From positions 24,118,001 to 24,182,000 of the forward strand of contig NC_086124.1 in NCBI RefSeq assembly GCF_963921235.1: a DNA stretch of 64,000 bases. The letters run 5' to 3'. The notes under the pieces are model-generated. The model did no database searches and was not told where the DNA came from. It saw only the letters and a list, made by a program, of their open reading frames with translations. The stretch is from Mobula hypostoma (Eukaryota). Numbering within the stretch: the first letter of the stretch is position 1; each line of letters starts with the position of its first letter. Below are positions 1-11,420 of this stretch, in pieces. The position numbers were made by a program, and so were the translations under genes.

Positions 1-335
1 GATGCAGGAAGATTGTTCCCGATGTTGGGGAAGTCCAGAACGAGGGGTCACAGTTTGAGGATAAAGGGGAAGCCTTTTAGGACCGAGATGAAGAAAAACT
101 TCTTCACACAGAGAGTGGTGAATCTGTGGAATTCTCTGCCACAGGAAACAGTTGAGGCCAGTTCATTGGCTATATTTAAGAGGGGGTTAGATATGGCCCT
201 TGTGGCTAAAGGGATCAGGGGGTATGGAGAGAAGGCAGGTACAAGGTTCTGAGTTGGATGATCAGCCATAATCATACTGAATGGTGCTGCAGGCTCGAAG
301 GGCTGAATGGCCTACTCCTGCACCTATTTTCTATG
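1..335 (+). mobile_element. CR1 LINE 3' end (end of ORF2 and 3' UTR)
   Basis: ORF 13-252 (RGHSLRIKG...FFTQRVVNLWNSLP) is the typical CR1 ORF2 C-terminus, followed by the ggcctactcctgcacct...ctatg tail. Confidence 0.9.
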
Positions 336-2940
336 AAAATGGTTATATGGAACCTTGGAGATTTTTGAATCCATCAGTTAGGCAATTCTCTTTCTTTTCT
401 CATGTTCACCACTCCTATTCCAGGCTACACTACTATTGCTTTATAGATAGCTCCTTGATACCAATGATTAGACAAATTGAGTACACTGCTATAGTTATAT
501 CTGATCACTTGCCCGTGAAACTGGACCTATGTTTTCCTTTAAACATTAGAGAACAGCCTCTGTGGCGACTTAATCCCCTTTTGCTTTCCAATGAGAAATG
601 TTATAATTATATATCGGCTAACATTGACACATTCTTCGAGACCAACAAAACTGAGTCGGTATCGTACTCTTTACTTTGGGAAACTTTAAAAGCTTACTTG
701 AGGGGTCAAATAATATCTTATACCTCACATGCCAATAAAGAGCATAGGAAGGAAATGCAAGTGTTATCGCAATCTATTTTGGACCTGGATAGGCAATATT
801 CTGAGGCACCCAGTGCGGAATTACATAAAAGCAGGGCTGATTTGCAAGCGAAGTTTAATCTTCTCTCTACAAACCTATCTGAACAATTAATTCTTAAGAG
901 ACGTGGCCTCTATTATGAATATGGTGACAGGGGGAGCCGGCTTATGGGAGAGTCAAGCTGCATCACGACTTATTCCCCAGATAAGAGACACGCGCCAAAG
1001 CTTGACAAGCAATCCAAAAGAGATTAATAACATCTTTGCAACTTTTTATTCCTCTCTGTATACCTCAGAGTTTCCATCAGATATAATGAATATGGAACAT
1101 TTTTTTGATAATTTGGAAATACCAAAGGAACCAGAGGAGGTGGAGAATTTAGATCGGGCTCTTGGGGCAGGAAGAGATTAATAATGCCATTATGGCTATG
1201 CAGAGTGGTAAGTCCCCAGGTCCTGATGGTTATCCAATAGAATTTTATAAGAAATTTAAGGATAAGCTCATACCGGTCCTTCTGGAAGTGTTTCAGGAAT
1301 CTTTGGAGAATGGTTCCTTACCCCCTACTCTTTCACAGGCATCTATTTCACTTCTTCTTAAAAAGGACAAGGACCCGACTCAATGTGGATCATATCGCCC
1401 CATCTCACTTTTGAATGTGGATGTGAAAATTTTGGCTAAAGTGCTTGCGCGCCGTTTAGAACGTCCCCTTCCCAAGATAATCTCAGATGATCAAACAGGT
1501 TTCATTAAAAATTGCCATTCTTTTTTTAATATCCGTCAACTGGCTGACGTGGTTTATTCGCCCAGTGATTCTCTGAGTCCGCAGGTTGTTATTTCCTTGG
1601 GCACGGAGAAGGCATTTGATAGAGTGAAGTGGGTATACTTGTTTAGTGTTTTGGAGAAACTTGGATTTGGCAGAATATTTGTAGCCTGCGTTAAGCTATT
1701 ATATCACTTGCCTTTAGCATATATACAGACAAATTATTCTCGATCTGACTATTCCCCATTAATACATGGCAGTCACCAAGGCTGCCCATTGTTCCCTCTT
1801 CTTTTTGCAATTGCAATTGAGCCTCTTTCTATTGCACTTTAAGTCAACTACATTATTTCAAGGTGTTAGGAGAGGGAACGTGGAACACCGTGTATCCCTA
1901 TATGCTGATGACCTCTTACTTTACGTTAGCGTCCCTGCAGGTAGCAGTCCTGCTATTGTGTCATTATTAGGTCAATTTGGAGCCTTCTATGACTATAAAC
2001 TGAACCTTCAAAAAAGCAAATGATTTCCCATTAATAACTTGGCCCTAGAGATCCGACAGGAATCTTTGCCTTTTCCTGTATCTCAAGATAGTTTTGTATA
2101 CCTAGGAATGCACATTACTTGCTCTTTTACATCTCTGTTTGAAGCTAATTACAGGTCTCAGGTTAGCCAAATGAAGGCTGATTTTGAAAGATGGCGCAGT
2201 TTACCCCTTACTATAGCTGGGAGAATTCAATCGGTGAAAATGACTATACTTCCCAGATTTCTTTATTTGTTCCAGTGCTTGCCAATTTTCTTATCTAAGT
2301 TATCCTTCAAATCGGTCAGCCAAAGTATAACCTCCTTTATTTGGGAAAATAAGGTCCCAAGGGTTAATGAGAGCACTCTCCAAAGAGGTCGTGACGTAAG
2401 TAGAATGGGTCTTTCTAGCTTTATTCATTATTACTGGGCATCAAACATTCAAAAGGTATTATTTTGGCTCCACCGGCCAGATATAAACTGGTGCCCACTT
2501 GGGACATGGTCTTGCCACTCCTCGTCTCTCCCAGCTTTAGTGCATTCTTCCTTACCATTGAAATCCTCTCAATTCACATCTAACTCAGTCATGCTCTCCA
2601 CCGTCAAAATTTTTAATCAATTTCGCTCCACTGTAAGTTCACATCAGCTTCAGTTTTGGGTCCCATTCATAGAAACCATCTACTTCTTCCCTCCACAATC
2701 AATTCATTTTTGCGACAATGGGGTTTGAACGGTCTTATGCGCATTAAGGATTTGTACACTGATAACATATTGATAGTTTTGATAACCTGTGCAGTAAATA
2801 TAGCCTTCCGCATAATCATTTTTTTAATACCTGCAGATTCGCCACTTTGTCAAGGAAAAATTTCCCTCTTTTCTTCGTCTACCACCTGCTATGTTGTGGG
2901 GAAAAACTCATTCTTAGCTTTAATAATAAAGGGCTGATCT
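336..2940 (+). mobile_element. Degenerate L1-clade LINE ORF2 (endonuclease end, RT)
   Basis: Frameshifted ORFs carry SDH..WRLN (APE end), KSPGPDGYPIEFYK, YRPISLLNVDVKILAKVLA, GCPL and LYADDLLLY. Confidence 0.9.
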
Positions 2941-2989
2941 CTGTACTATACTCTCAGCTGATGTCTTTGAGGCATCACTCTTGAAGATT

Positions 2990-3300
2990 CCTGAATGCTA
3001 AGGAGGCTCGTACCCATGATGGAACATGACTGAGTTCACAACTTTCTGCAGCTTCTTTCAACCCTTTGCGGTATCTACACCCCCTACCCCCATGTGCAGC
3101 CAGTTATACCTCTCCACGGTAAATCCGTAGAAATTTACGTGCATCTTTGACATACCAAATCTCCTCAAACTCATAATGAAATATAGTCACTGTCGTGCCT
3201 TTTTGTAACTGCCTCATGATGTAGGACCCAGGATAGATCCTCAGAGATATTGCCACCTGATAACTTGAAATTGCTCACTCCCTCCACTTCTGATTCCTCT
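2990..3300 (-). mobile_element. Rex/Babar- or L2-like LINE fragment
   Basis: The reverse strand resembles the FKFLGV.ISEDLSW region also seen in ORF 26976-27224. Confidence 0.55.
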
Positions 3301-3374
3301 TTGAGGACTGGTGCGTGTGTTCCCTTGATTTGCCCTCTCTGTCAGCCTATGCCACACAGCCTGCTTGAACATCG

Positions 3375-3880
3375 CTTTGAAAACAAAACTTTAATTCCAC
3401 TTCCCACTCCCATGCCATGGCCTCCTCTTCTTTCAAGATGAGGCCGCACTCAGGTTGGAGGAGTAACATCTTATATTCCACATGGGTAGCCTCCAACCTG
3501 ATTGCATGAACCTTGATTTCTTGAACTTCCAGTAATGCCCCCCCCCCCACTTCATCATTCCCCATTCCCTTTTCCCTCTCTCACCTTACCTGCACATCAC
3601 CTCCCTCTGGTGCTTCCCCCCTTTCTTTCTTCCATGCCCTTCTGTCCTTTCCTATCAGATTCCTCCTCCTCCAGTCCTGCACCTCTTTTCCCAATCAACT
3701 TCCCAGCTCCTTACTTCACCCCTCTCCACCTCCTAACTCTGACTCCTCAACTTGTTTCTCCAGTCCTGATGAATGGTCTCAGTCCGAAACGTCGTCTGTA
3801 CTCTTTTCCATAGATACTGCCTGGCCTGCTGAGCTCCTCCAGCACTTTGTGTGTGCTGCTTGGATTTCCAGCATCTGCAA
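3375..3880 (+). mobile_element. Penelope-like element 3' fragment with hammerhead motif
   Basis: Degenerate GIY-YIG end, pyrimidine tract, CTGATGA..GAAACGTC at 3766-3793, and the gctgcctggcctgctg tail shared with the other copies. Confidence 0.85.
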
Positions 3881-3907
3881 ATTTTTTTTTGTGAAAATAA
3901 ACTTTAC

Positions 3908-4159
3908 CCGTCAGAGCTTGAACAACCAGGTGAACGATCTCCATGGCATGTTATTAACATAGTGGGCAACATTTCTGATAACCTTTCGATTGCAGGTTCA
4001 GATCGTCCACGAAAGACTTCACAATTGGATTGATGGCCACAAACTTTCCTGTTGTATAATTAAAGCGAACGGCCGTTTCTCCATTGTAAGCAAACTGCAG
4101 GGTAGCCATTGAGAACTCTGAACCTTTACCAGAGAAAGTCACTTGACCGATGTGCATTC
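3908..4159 (-). pseudogene. MHC-fold peptide-groove-like exon (class I alpha2 / class II beta1-like) with two in-frame stops
   Basis: Acceptor ttcgcttgccag|GA at 4160/4159, donor G|GTAAAG at 3908/3907, 252 nt, phase 1-1. Translation GMHIGQVTF...QFAYNGETAVRFNYTTGKFVA...DDLN matches by eye the GSHxxQ, QFAYDG and VRFD..G.F.A motifs. TAA TAA at 3951-3956. Confidence 0.55.
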
Positions 4160-4369
4160 CTGGCAAGCGAATAATAATCGATCCGTTAACCATTTATGAG
4201 AGTGAAATGGCTCATTTTAAAACTTTAAAATTAATCAACCTGAAAGAACAAATTTGTCTCTCCCTTCTGTGGATACCTCACCATTCTGACGGCAACAGGT
4301 GCCACTCCTCCAGAGCCACCTCTCCCTCCCACCGTAAAACTCCAATAGCTGGGATTTGGTGGTGGTGCT

Positions 4370-5335
4370 GCTGACCCTTCACCCTCACTCTCTGCACCCA
4401 CCTCTTCCTCAGTTCGATGCCCACGTCCCCACCCATCTCTTCGCCCAAACCCCTCCTCGCCATCGAAGTGCCCTTCCCTCAACACCTCTCCCCACAGACA
4501 TCTCTCCTCACCGTCCACACCCAACTCTCCACCCACCCCCTCTCTCCCTACCCACCCTCAGTGACTACTTCCCTCCCCAAACATCCTTGGCAGTCCCTCC
4601 CCACCCACTCACCCATGGCCCCCTCCCAATCTCAGTGCCCTCTATCCTCCCCACTCTCTGCACCCCCACAACTCCACTCCTCAGCCTTCCGTCCCACACT
4701 TAGCACCCCTCTCCCTCCCCACACACCTTTGGCACCCTAATTCCTTCCCCACACAACCATCCCCAGTGACCCCTTCTCTTCCACCACCCCCTCAACAAGA
4801 CTCAATTCACCTTCACTCCCTCTCTACCTGCTCTCTCTCTCAGTGCCTCCTTCCCTTCCCGTGCCCATTCAATGCCCTCTCCCCTCTCCTTTGGAACACC
4901 CCCCATCCCATGGTGCCCACTCCACTACCCTCCATTGGCGCCCGCTCCTCCCCACCTTCCCTTGGCCGCTCCTCCCCACCTTCCCTTGGCACCCCCTCCC
5001 ACCTTCCATTGGCACCCTTCCCCTCAGCTCTCCACCCTCCTTTGGTGCTCACTCCCCACCCTGCCTCAATGTCACTCCCCTCTCCTCCCCACCCTCCATC
5101 GGTGGCCATTCCCCTCCCCTCTTAACTCTCCCTCAGTTCTCCTCCCCACCCTCCCTTGGTGCTACTCTCTCCACCTTCCTTCAGCGAGGTCTCCCTTTCC
5201 CTCCTGACCTTTACCTTCCCCTCCCTCCCTAGTTGCCCTCTTCCCTCTCTTGCCCACCCTCCCTCAGTGTCCCCACCCCCCTCTACCTCCCTACGGTCCA
5301 TCGGTGCCCCCTCCCATCCCTGGGGCGCTGCGCTC
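4370..5335. repeat. C/T-rich low-complexity tract with degenerate 22-24 bp repeats
   Basis: Nearly G-free on the + strand; cgctcctccccaccttcccttggc repeated around 4940-5030. Confidence 0.85.
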
Positions 5336-5670
5336 CTCACCCAGGGCAGTGGAGCCGTTGAGGAGGAGGAGGAAGGCGGCGAGCAGAGAGGGAGAGCGGC
5401 GTCGCCTCACGCCGGCCGGCGGCTCCTGAGACAGCGGGAGGAGCAGCTGGCTCACGGTTCGCGGAGACGGCATCATTCCCCACATCCCTTTCGCCGAAGG
5501 CTGAGGACCTGGTCACACAGCCTCTACGCGCGAAACCGATCGCCAGCCGGCAGGTCCCGTAACGGGAGGCGATCGATGTAGAAGTTTCCCCGGCTGAGTG
5601 GACGGCTGCTGCCACAGACAGGCGGGGCGAGGCGGGAGGGAACGCCTTCTGTTTCCATATGGCGCTTTAT
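5320..5670 (-). promoter_or_regulatory. CpG island / promoter
   Basis: High CpG density; GC box ggggcgaggcggg (~5625), YY1-like atggcg (~5660) and kB-like gaagtttcccc (5581-5591). Confidence 0.6.
5341..5485 (-). CDS. Candidate leader (signal peptide) exon of the MHC-like gene
   Basis: MWGMMPSPRTVSQLLLPLSQEPPAGVRRRRSPSLLAAFLLLLNGSTAL+G: basic stretch, hydrophobic core, phase-1 donor G|GTGAGG, inside a CpG island, and phase-compatible with exon 3908-4159. Confidence 0.55.
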
Positions 5671-5704
5671 TCTCAATGAGACTCAACAACAGTAGACGAA
5701 AGGT

Positions 5705-6345
5705 GATTGGGATACCAGCTGAGAGGAGCGTGGATGGGGTCGGGTAATAACAGGTGACGGGGTGGTAGGTGTGTGGGTGCGACACCAGGTGAGGGGGGAG
5801 GCAGGTGTGTGGGTGGAACACCAGGTGAGGGGGAGGTAGGTGTGTGGGTGAGATACCAGGTGAGGGGGAGGTAGGTGTGTGGGTGGGGCACCAGGTGACG
5901 GGGAGGTAGGTGTGTGGGTGGGATACCAGGGGAGGGGGAGGTAGGTTGGTGGGTGGGATACCAGGTGAGGGGGAGGTAGGTGTGTGGGTGGGATACCAGG
6001 TGAGCGGGAGGTAGGTGTGTGGGTGGGATACCAGGGGAGGGGGAGGTAGGTTGGTGGGTGGGATACCAGGTGAGGGGGAGGTAGGTGTGTGGGTGGGATA
6101 CCAGGTGAGCGGGAGGTAGGTGTGTGGGTGGGACACCAGCTGAGGCTGGGATGCCAGGTGAGAAGGGAGGTGGGTGGGTGTAATACCAGGCGAGGGGGAG
6201 GTGGAATGGGGGGAAAGCAGGTGAGGGGGAAGGTGAGTGGATGGGATACCAGTTGAGCAATAAGGTGGGTGATAGGGGGAGGGAGTATACCAGGTGAGAG
6301 GGACTGTGTTTGTGTGTGTGGAGGGGGGCTACCAGGTAAGAGGGG
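5705..6345 (+). repeat. G-rich minisatellite, ~35-bp unit
   Basis: Unit ataccaggtgagggggaggtaggtgtgtgggtggg, about 10-11 well-conserved copies at 5770-6140 with degenerate flanks. Confidence 0.9.
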
Positions 6346-6419
6346 ATAGCAGGTGTTTGGATGGTAGACAGGTGGGTAGTGGATGGGGATATGCCAGATG
6401 AAGGGGAAGGTGTGAGTTT

Positions 6420-6745
6420 GCTTCATTTTCCATTCCTATCAGATTCCTTCTTCTTCAGCCTTAACCTCTTCCACCAATCACCTTCCAGCTTCTTATCCCA
6501 AAACCTCAACCCATCCCACCCACCTTCCCCCTCTCCTGGTCTCACCTATCACCTGCAAGCATGTACACCTTCCCCTCCTCCCACCTTCTCATTCTGGCTT
6601 CCCCCACCCACCACCCCCCCCCACCTTCCTTTCCAGTTCTGATGAAGGTTCTCGGTGTGAGACATTGATTGTCCATTTCCCTCTCTAGACATTGCCTGAC
6701 CTGATGGGTTCCTCTGGCAGTTTGTGTGTCTTACATTTATGTAGC
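6420..6745 (+). mobile_element. Old Penelope-like 3' tail fragment
   Basis: ctgatgaaggttctcgg..gagac remnant and gcctgacctg tail. Confidence 0.65.
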
Positions 6746-6789
6746 ATCTTTGAAGACATTCCGTGTCAATTAAATGTGTCATCAAACGC

Positions 6790-7535
6790 TCAGGAGGCCG
6801 ATGGCACATCATGGCGATTCCTTTGCTTGCATCTTTGGAAACAGCTCTATTTCTTTCTTTTTTTTCCCTTTTCGGGGTTCTTTTGAAGATCCTGACCTGG
6901 AGTGACACGCTGACTTCGGTTCTTTGCGGGATTGGGACCCGCTCTTGGGGTCTCAGGACTGGCTGCTTTTTGATATGCCATGGACGCGGCCTGGAAGACT
7001 CGCGCACCTTTGGTGTGCCGGATTCCGGTGGCTCTGGAGGCAGGCGGATTCGAGGTCGGTGCCAGTGCCTGGTGTGTTGTGGGAGACGAAAGGACACAGA
7101 GCTCGGAAAAAGCAACGCAGCAGAATTTTAAGTCTGTTGTTTATTATACCTCCCCTCTCACTGTGAAATGGGGACATCTCTTTTTCCCTTATTAGGGAGA
7201 GAGAGAGAGAGAGAGAAAGAGCCCGTGGTATGTTGAATACCAGGTGAACGAGTAGTCTTTGGGGTACTGCAAGTCTTTGTCTTTATTGATGCTTTGCTGC
7301 ACACTTGAGTTCTTCGTGGGGGGTGCTGATGCTTTTTTACTGGTGGAGGAGAGGGGGGTTGTTGCCTTGCTGCTGCTTATGCGTGGGAGGGGTGAGCTGG
7401 GGGTGGGCTTTGGGGTTCCAATATTTAACCGTCATTCATTCTTTGGGGAACTCCTCTGTTTTCATGGATGTTTGCGAAGAAAGGGAGTTTCAGGGTATAT
7501 ATTGTATACATTCCTCTGACATTCAATGCACCTTT
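6790..7535 (+). mobile_element. Unclassified interspersed repeat ending in a LINE-like 3' tail
   Basis: Ends tcagggtatattgtatacattcctctgacatt; looks like a non-autonomous retroelement, family not established. Confidence 0.4.
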
Positions 7536-7799
7536 GAAATGTGACGTTGAGATGCCAATGGCAAAAGTTGCAAAGGTCAACAGATGTTTGAAGAAAGAGG
7601 TAACTAAGCTACTTAGAGGAGCAGAGTGGTGCAGATATTACGGGTGATAATTCTTAAGAGCTGCCGACAATGGACTGGGTGGCATAAGAAACCAGGGATG
7701 AGGTGACTACCTTCTCTGGAATCTCACTAGGCTGTGGCCTCAGCCTCCTTCTCTGTTTCTTGTACACTCACAACTGTGCGGCCACAGTCTGTGCTAATT

Positions 7800-8150
7800 C
7801 CATCTACAGGTTTGAGGAAGACACCATTGTAGTGGGCTGAACCTGAAAAAGCAATGAGGGGGAGGAGAGGAAGATACAAGAGAGCCTAGTGGCATGGAGT
7901 CGTGACGACAGCCTCTCCCTGACTGTCAGCAGAACAAAAGGCTTTGTCAGTAACATTAGGAAAGAGGCACATGTTCTTGTTTCCATCTTTGGTACTGAGG
8001 CTCAGAGGGTTAACAGCTTCCTGTTCCTAGGTGTGAACATCACTAATGTTCTATCCTTGTCCAACCACCTAAACACCAAGGCCAAGAGCACTCACCAATG
8101 CCTGTGTTTCCTCAGGAGGCTAAAGAAATCTAGCATGTCCCTTTTGAGTC
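7800..8150 (+). mobile_element. Rex/Babar-like RT fragment
   Basis: AWSRDDSLSLTVSRTK...FLFLGVNIT...CLCFLRRLKK in ORF 7889-8200. Confidence 0.7.
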
Positions 8151-8154
8151 TCTC

Positions 8155-8300
8155 CGAGGATCGTCACCTTATCATGGTGGGGAGGCTCGTGAGTTCCTGA
8201 GAGTGATGCCGCCTGGAGCTTAGGCCCTGGTAGGGTCACCCACGGTGGTAAGGTTAACGGAGAAGTTCCAGACAAAGAGCGATGCAACTAAGTCCTCAGT
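8155..8300 (+). mobile_element. RTE/Expander-like 5' end fragment
   Basis: cgtcaccttatcatggtgggg...ccctggtagggtcaccca..ggt...ccagacaaagagcg resembles Expander/RTE 5' UTRs as recalled, not searched. Confidence 0.5.
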
Positions 8301-8642
8301 TGTAGGGCTGGCGGAAGATAAAGACACATCACAATGACAGTGAGGGCCGGGGATGGCTGTAGCAGTGACGGGTCTCCAGTCGCCTTGCACTCCAGCCACT
8401 GGACCCTGACCTGAATCTGTCAATGACCGTGCACCAGCATCTCCACATCGAACAATGCCACGCATAGCTGTTCTCCATTAAGGGAATAACCCCTTTGGAG
8501 AGTGTTATACTCGACTCGAGTGACCGTTCTACCCTCATATGCAGCGGCACCAGAGAATGCCATCATGGCTTGATGGGGCAACGGCTCTGCACGTGACTGC
8601 ACGAAACTGTGGAGCCGCGGGCCACAACTCAGCACATCGCGG

Positions 8643-9580
8643 TGTGACGAGAATACACATAGATTAAGATGTTAGCTGTCCTGTGCTGGCACCAGTGGGA
8701 TCAGCAGTTGGTCTGCCACCTGTCTTCAGGAGAGAGAGAGATAAAGAAAACAATGGAGCAGCAGTTGGAGATGTTAATGAGGGGGCGGGAGAGAGTAACG
8801 GAAGGAGAGCTGTCAAGATCGGCTCCCCCTTTGAACCCTGAACTGTTTGAAGTGATGGACAGGCGATACCCCAGCAGGGGGATAAAAAGGGACAGGTTCA
8901 CTAAGGCAGGACACACACGACACCCGGAGGTAACAAGACCCTGGAAGCGGTGCGTCTCTCACAAGTCGGTGGGAAGTTTTGGACGTCTGATGGCGGGATC
9001 AAGCCATAGACGCTCAGGGTGGAAAGGCACAATCGGTGGGAACCTGGTGTGTGTCCACCCTTGCCTGGGTGCCAGGTTCACCGCAGGGAAACGATTCATA
9101 TCTGGAAACGGAGGGGTCACGGTCGGTGACCTCAGATGACATCACAAAGGACTCGCCCGAGAGCTGACTGCGAAGGTCTGTGTGGAAGCCGTTTTGAATA
9201 TTCATTCGTTTTGCTCTCTCTCTCCTTCCCCCCACTGTCCATCGCCACGGTAGCGATTACTGCGAACTGAACTGAACTAAATTGAACTGAACTTTGCGTC
9301 ACTTTGAAACTGGTCATTTACCCCTAGACAATGATAGAGCTTGATTGATCCTGTTATCTTAATTCTGTGTACATGTATATTTATCATTGCTGAACTGTTG
9401 CATTCATTATCCTTTTGATTAGAGTACTGTGTTGCTTGTTTCTTTAATAAAACTTTCTTAGTTCTAGTAATCCAGACTCCAACTGAGTGATCCATTTCTG
9501 CTGGTTTGGCAACCTAGTTACGGGGTACGTAACATAAGTGGGGTTCTCATCCACGATTTTGAACGCTAAATTTGGGACGG
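8643..9580 (+). mobile_element. Gypsy 5' LTR (8643-9534) + PBS + truncated leader
   Basis: TGTGACG...GTAACA termini, homologous in reverse to the LTRs at 15808/21296; PBS at 9539-9557; match to the internal region stops at 9580. Confidence 0.9.
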
Positions 9581-10188
9581 AGCTAGATAGGTACTGTCTG
9601 GTGTTCATTCGTGTTTGTTTTGTCTTGTCTTGTTCTCGCCTCCGTGGGGTAAGTCAGGCCATCTTGCCGTTGCCCCGTGGGGTGTCATGAGTCCCGCCCC
9701 TATGTCCTGTATCCAAGGAGGGGTCCCAGCTCTCTGTTCTGTGTGTGAGTCCCGGCCCTATGTCCTGTACCCAAGGAGGGGTTCCGGCTCTCTCTTCTGT
9801 GTATGTGTCTATGGTTCCATGTACCTGCTCTCCTGAGACCGAGGCTCTGTTTTCCATGTTCCTCCTCTCCCTCGCCCATGTCATGTCCATGCCTGGTTCT
9901 GGGGTGCGAGCCTGAGGCAAGACCCAGGTACTGGGTCCTTGCCCATTCTCGGGCTCGGAATCCATACCCTATCCTCTTCGTCTCCTCTAGTTCTGGGAGC
10001 CGATTCCGAGTCCAAGCCCAGACCCTTGGTCCCAGCCGAGTCGTAGTCCTGAGTCCTTGTCCAGTTCGCTGTTTCCTGCTCCTGCCTTGCTCTCCTGGTA
10101 TCCAACAATAAACTAAATCTAAGTAACCTCACAAGATGTGTCTTGCATTTGGGTCCACCCTTGCTGCCAATGGCCCGCCATTGTGACA
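9581..10188 (+). mobile_element. 3' part of a second, unrelated LTR
   Basis: Internal ~58-bp direct repeat (~9690-9805), aataaa, and the gcatttgggtcc...tgtgaca terminus. Confidence 0.6.
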
Positions 10189-10843
10189 ATAAGGCCATTG
10201 AATGGCCCTCTAGTCAGATGAGGTGGAATCTGGACCTCATAATCTCTCTGGTTGTTGCCTGCACTGTGCTTCTCTGTTACTGGAAGACCCTACTCTTCAT
10301 TGTATAATTGCTTTCCCCTTGTCCATCTCAGTGCGCTGATGTGATAAATGATTTGCTGGTGTGACATGCAAAAACCAAAATTTCCCACTGCTTTCAAGAT
10401 GTTTGAGGCCATCTTCAAAAGGCAATGCCTGAAAAGGGTGGCATCCGTCATGAAGGACCCCCATCACCCAGGATGTACCCTCTTCTCATTGCTACCATTG
10501 GACAGGAAGTACGTGGATCTGAAGGCACACGCTCAATGTTTTAAGAACAGCTTCTTCTCCCCCTCCACCACATTTCCAAATGGTCCCTAACCTTGTGAGT
10601 ACTATTTTGCTCCCTTTTCTCTCTACTTATTTATTTTTAATATATTGTAATTTATGTATTGTAATCTATAGCATTTTTTATGCATTGCAATGTTCTGCTG
10701 TTGCAAAACAATCGCTTTCACGACACATGTCAGTGATAATAAACCTGATTTTGTGCTTGGGGTCACATGACAATTTCAGTGTGGGAGAAACATGGACAAG
10801 CCACACAACATATTGCACACATTTCCAGTGAATGCTTGATATT

Positions 10844-11235
10844 CACTCAGGGGCCACTTTATTAGGTACTTTAATGCAAATATCTAATCAGCCCATCATT
10901 TGACAGCAGCTCAATGCATGTGTTTTTGTTCAGACCAAACATCAGAATGGGGGAAGAAATGTGATCTAAGTGACTTTGACTGTTGGTGCCAGATGGGGTG
11001 GTTTGAGTATCTCAGAAACTGCTGATCTCCTGGGATTTTCACATACAAGTCTCTAGAGTTTACAAAAAATGGTATGAGGAAGAAAAGTGGCAGTTCTGTG
11101 GGTGTAAACAATTTGTTAATGAGAGAGGTCAGAGGAGAACGGCCAGACTGGTTCATACTGACAGGAAGACAACAGTGAGTCAAATCACCACATATTAAAA
11201 CAGCAGTGTGCAAAAGAGCATCTTGAATGCACAGC
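10844..11235 (+). mobile_element. Tc1/mariner remnant
   Basis: TIR cactcag(t)ggccactttattaggtac and degenerate MGKKCDLSDF transposase start; a second copy lies at ~14623-14925. Confidence 0.75.
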
Positions 11236-11239
11236 ATGT

Positions 11240-11420
11240 GCACCTTGAAGTTTGTACGTTCTCCCTGTGACCATGTGGGTTTCCTCTGGGTGCTCTGGTT
11301 TCCTCCCACAGTCCCCAGACATACTGGTTGGTAGGTTAACTGGTCTTTGTAAATTGTCCTGTGATTAGGCTAGCATTAAAATGGGGTTTCTGGATGGCGC
11401 AGCTCAAAGGAGAAAAAGGG
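11240..11420 (+). mobile_element. V-SINE-like element
   Basis: gtttgtacgttctccctgtgacc..gggtttcctctgggtgctctggtttcctcccaca core. Confidence 0.7.

Noticed and set aside
4160-4245. Upstream acceptor tttcag at 4240 as the start of the MHC-like exon
   Set aside because: All three frames hit stops within ~30 nt; the 4160 acceptor gives the correct phase and length.
5705-6345. CRISPR-like regular repeat
   Set aside because: Head-to-tail units with no unique spacers, in a vertebrate context with no cas genes.
4356-6426. Many long Pro/Ser/His-rich ORFs
   Set aside because: They are translations of the C/T tract and the minisatellite, open in several frames because the composition lacks stops.
6630-6670. 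Hammerhead motifs here and at ~31070-31105 and ~38790-38833
   Set aside because: The GAAA core or GTC cleavage site is mutated or replaced, so they are predicted inactive.
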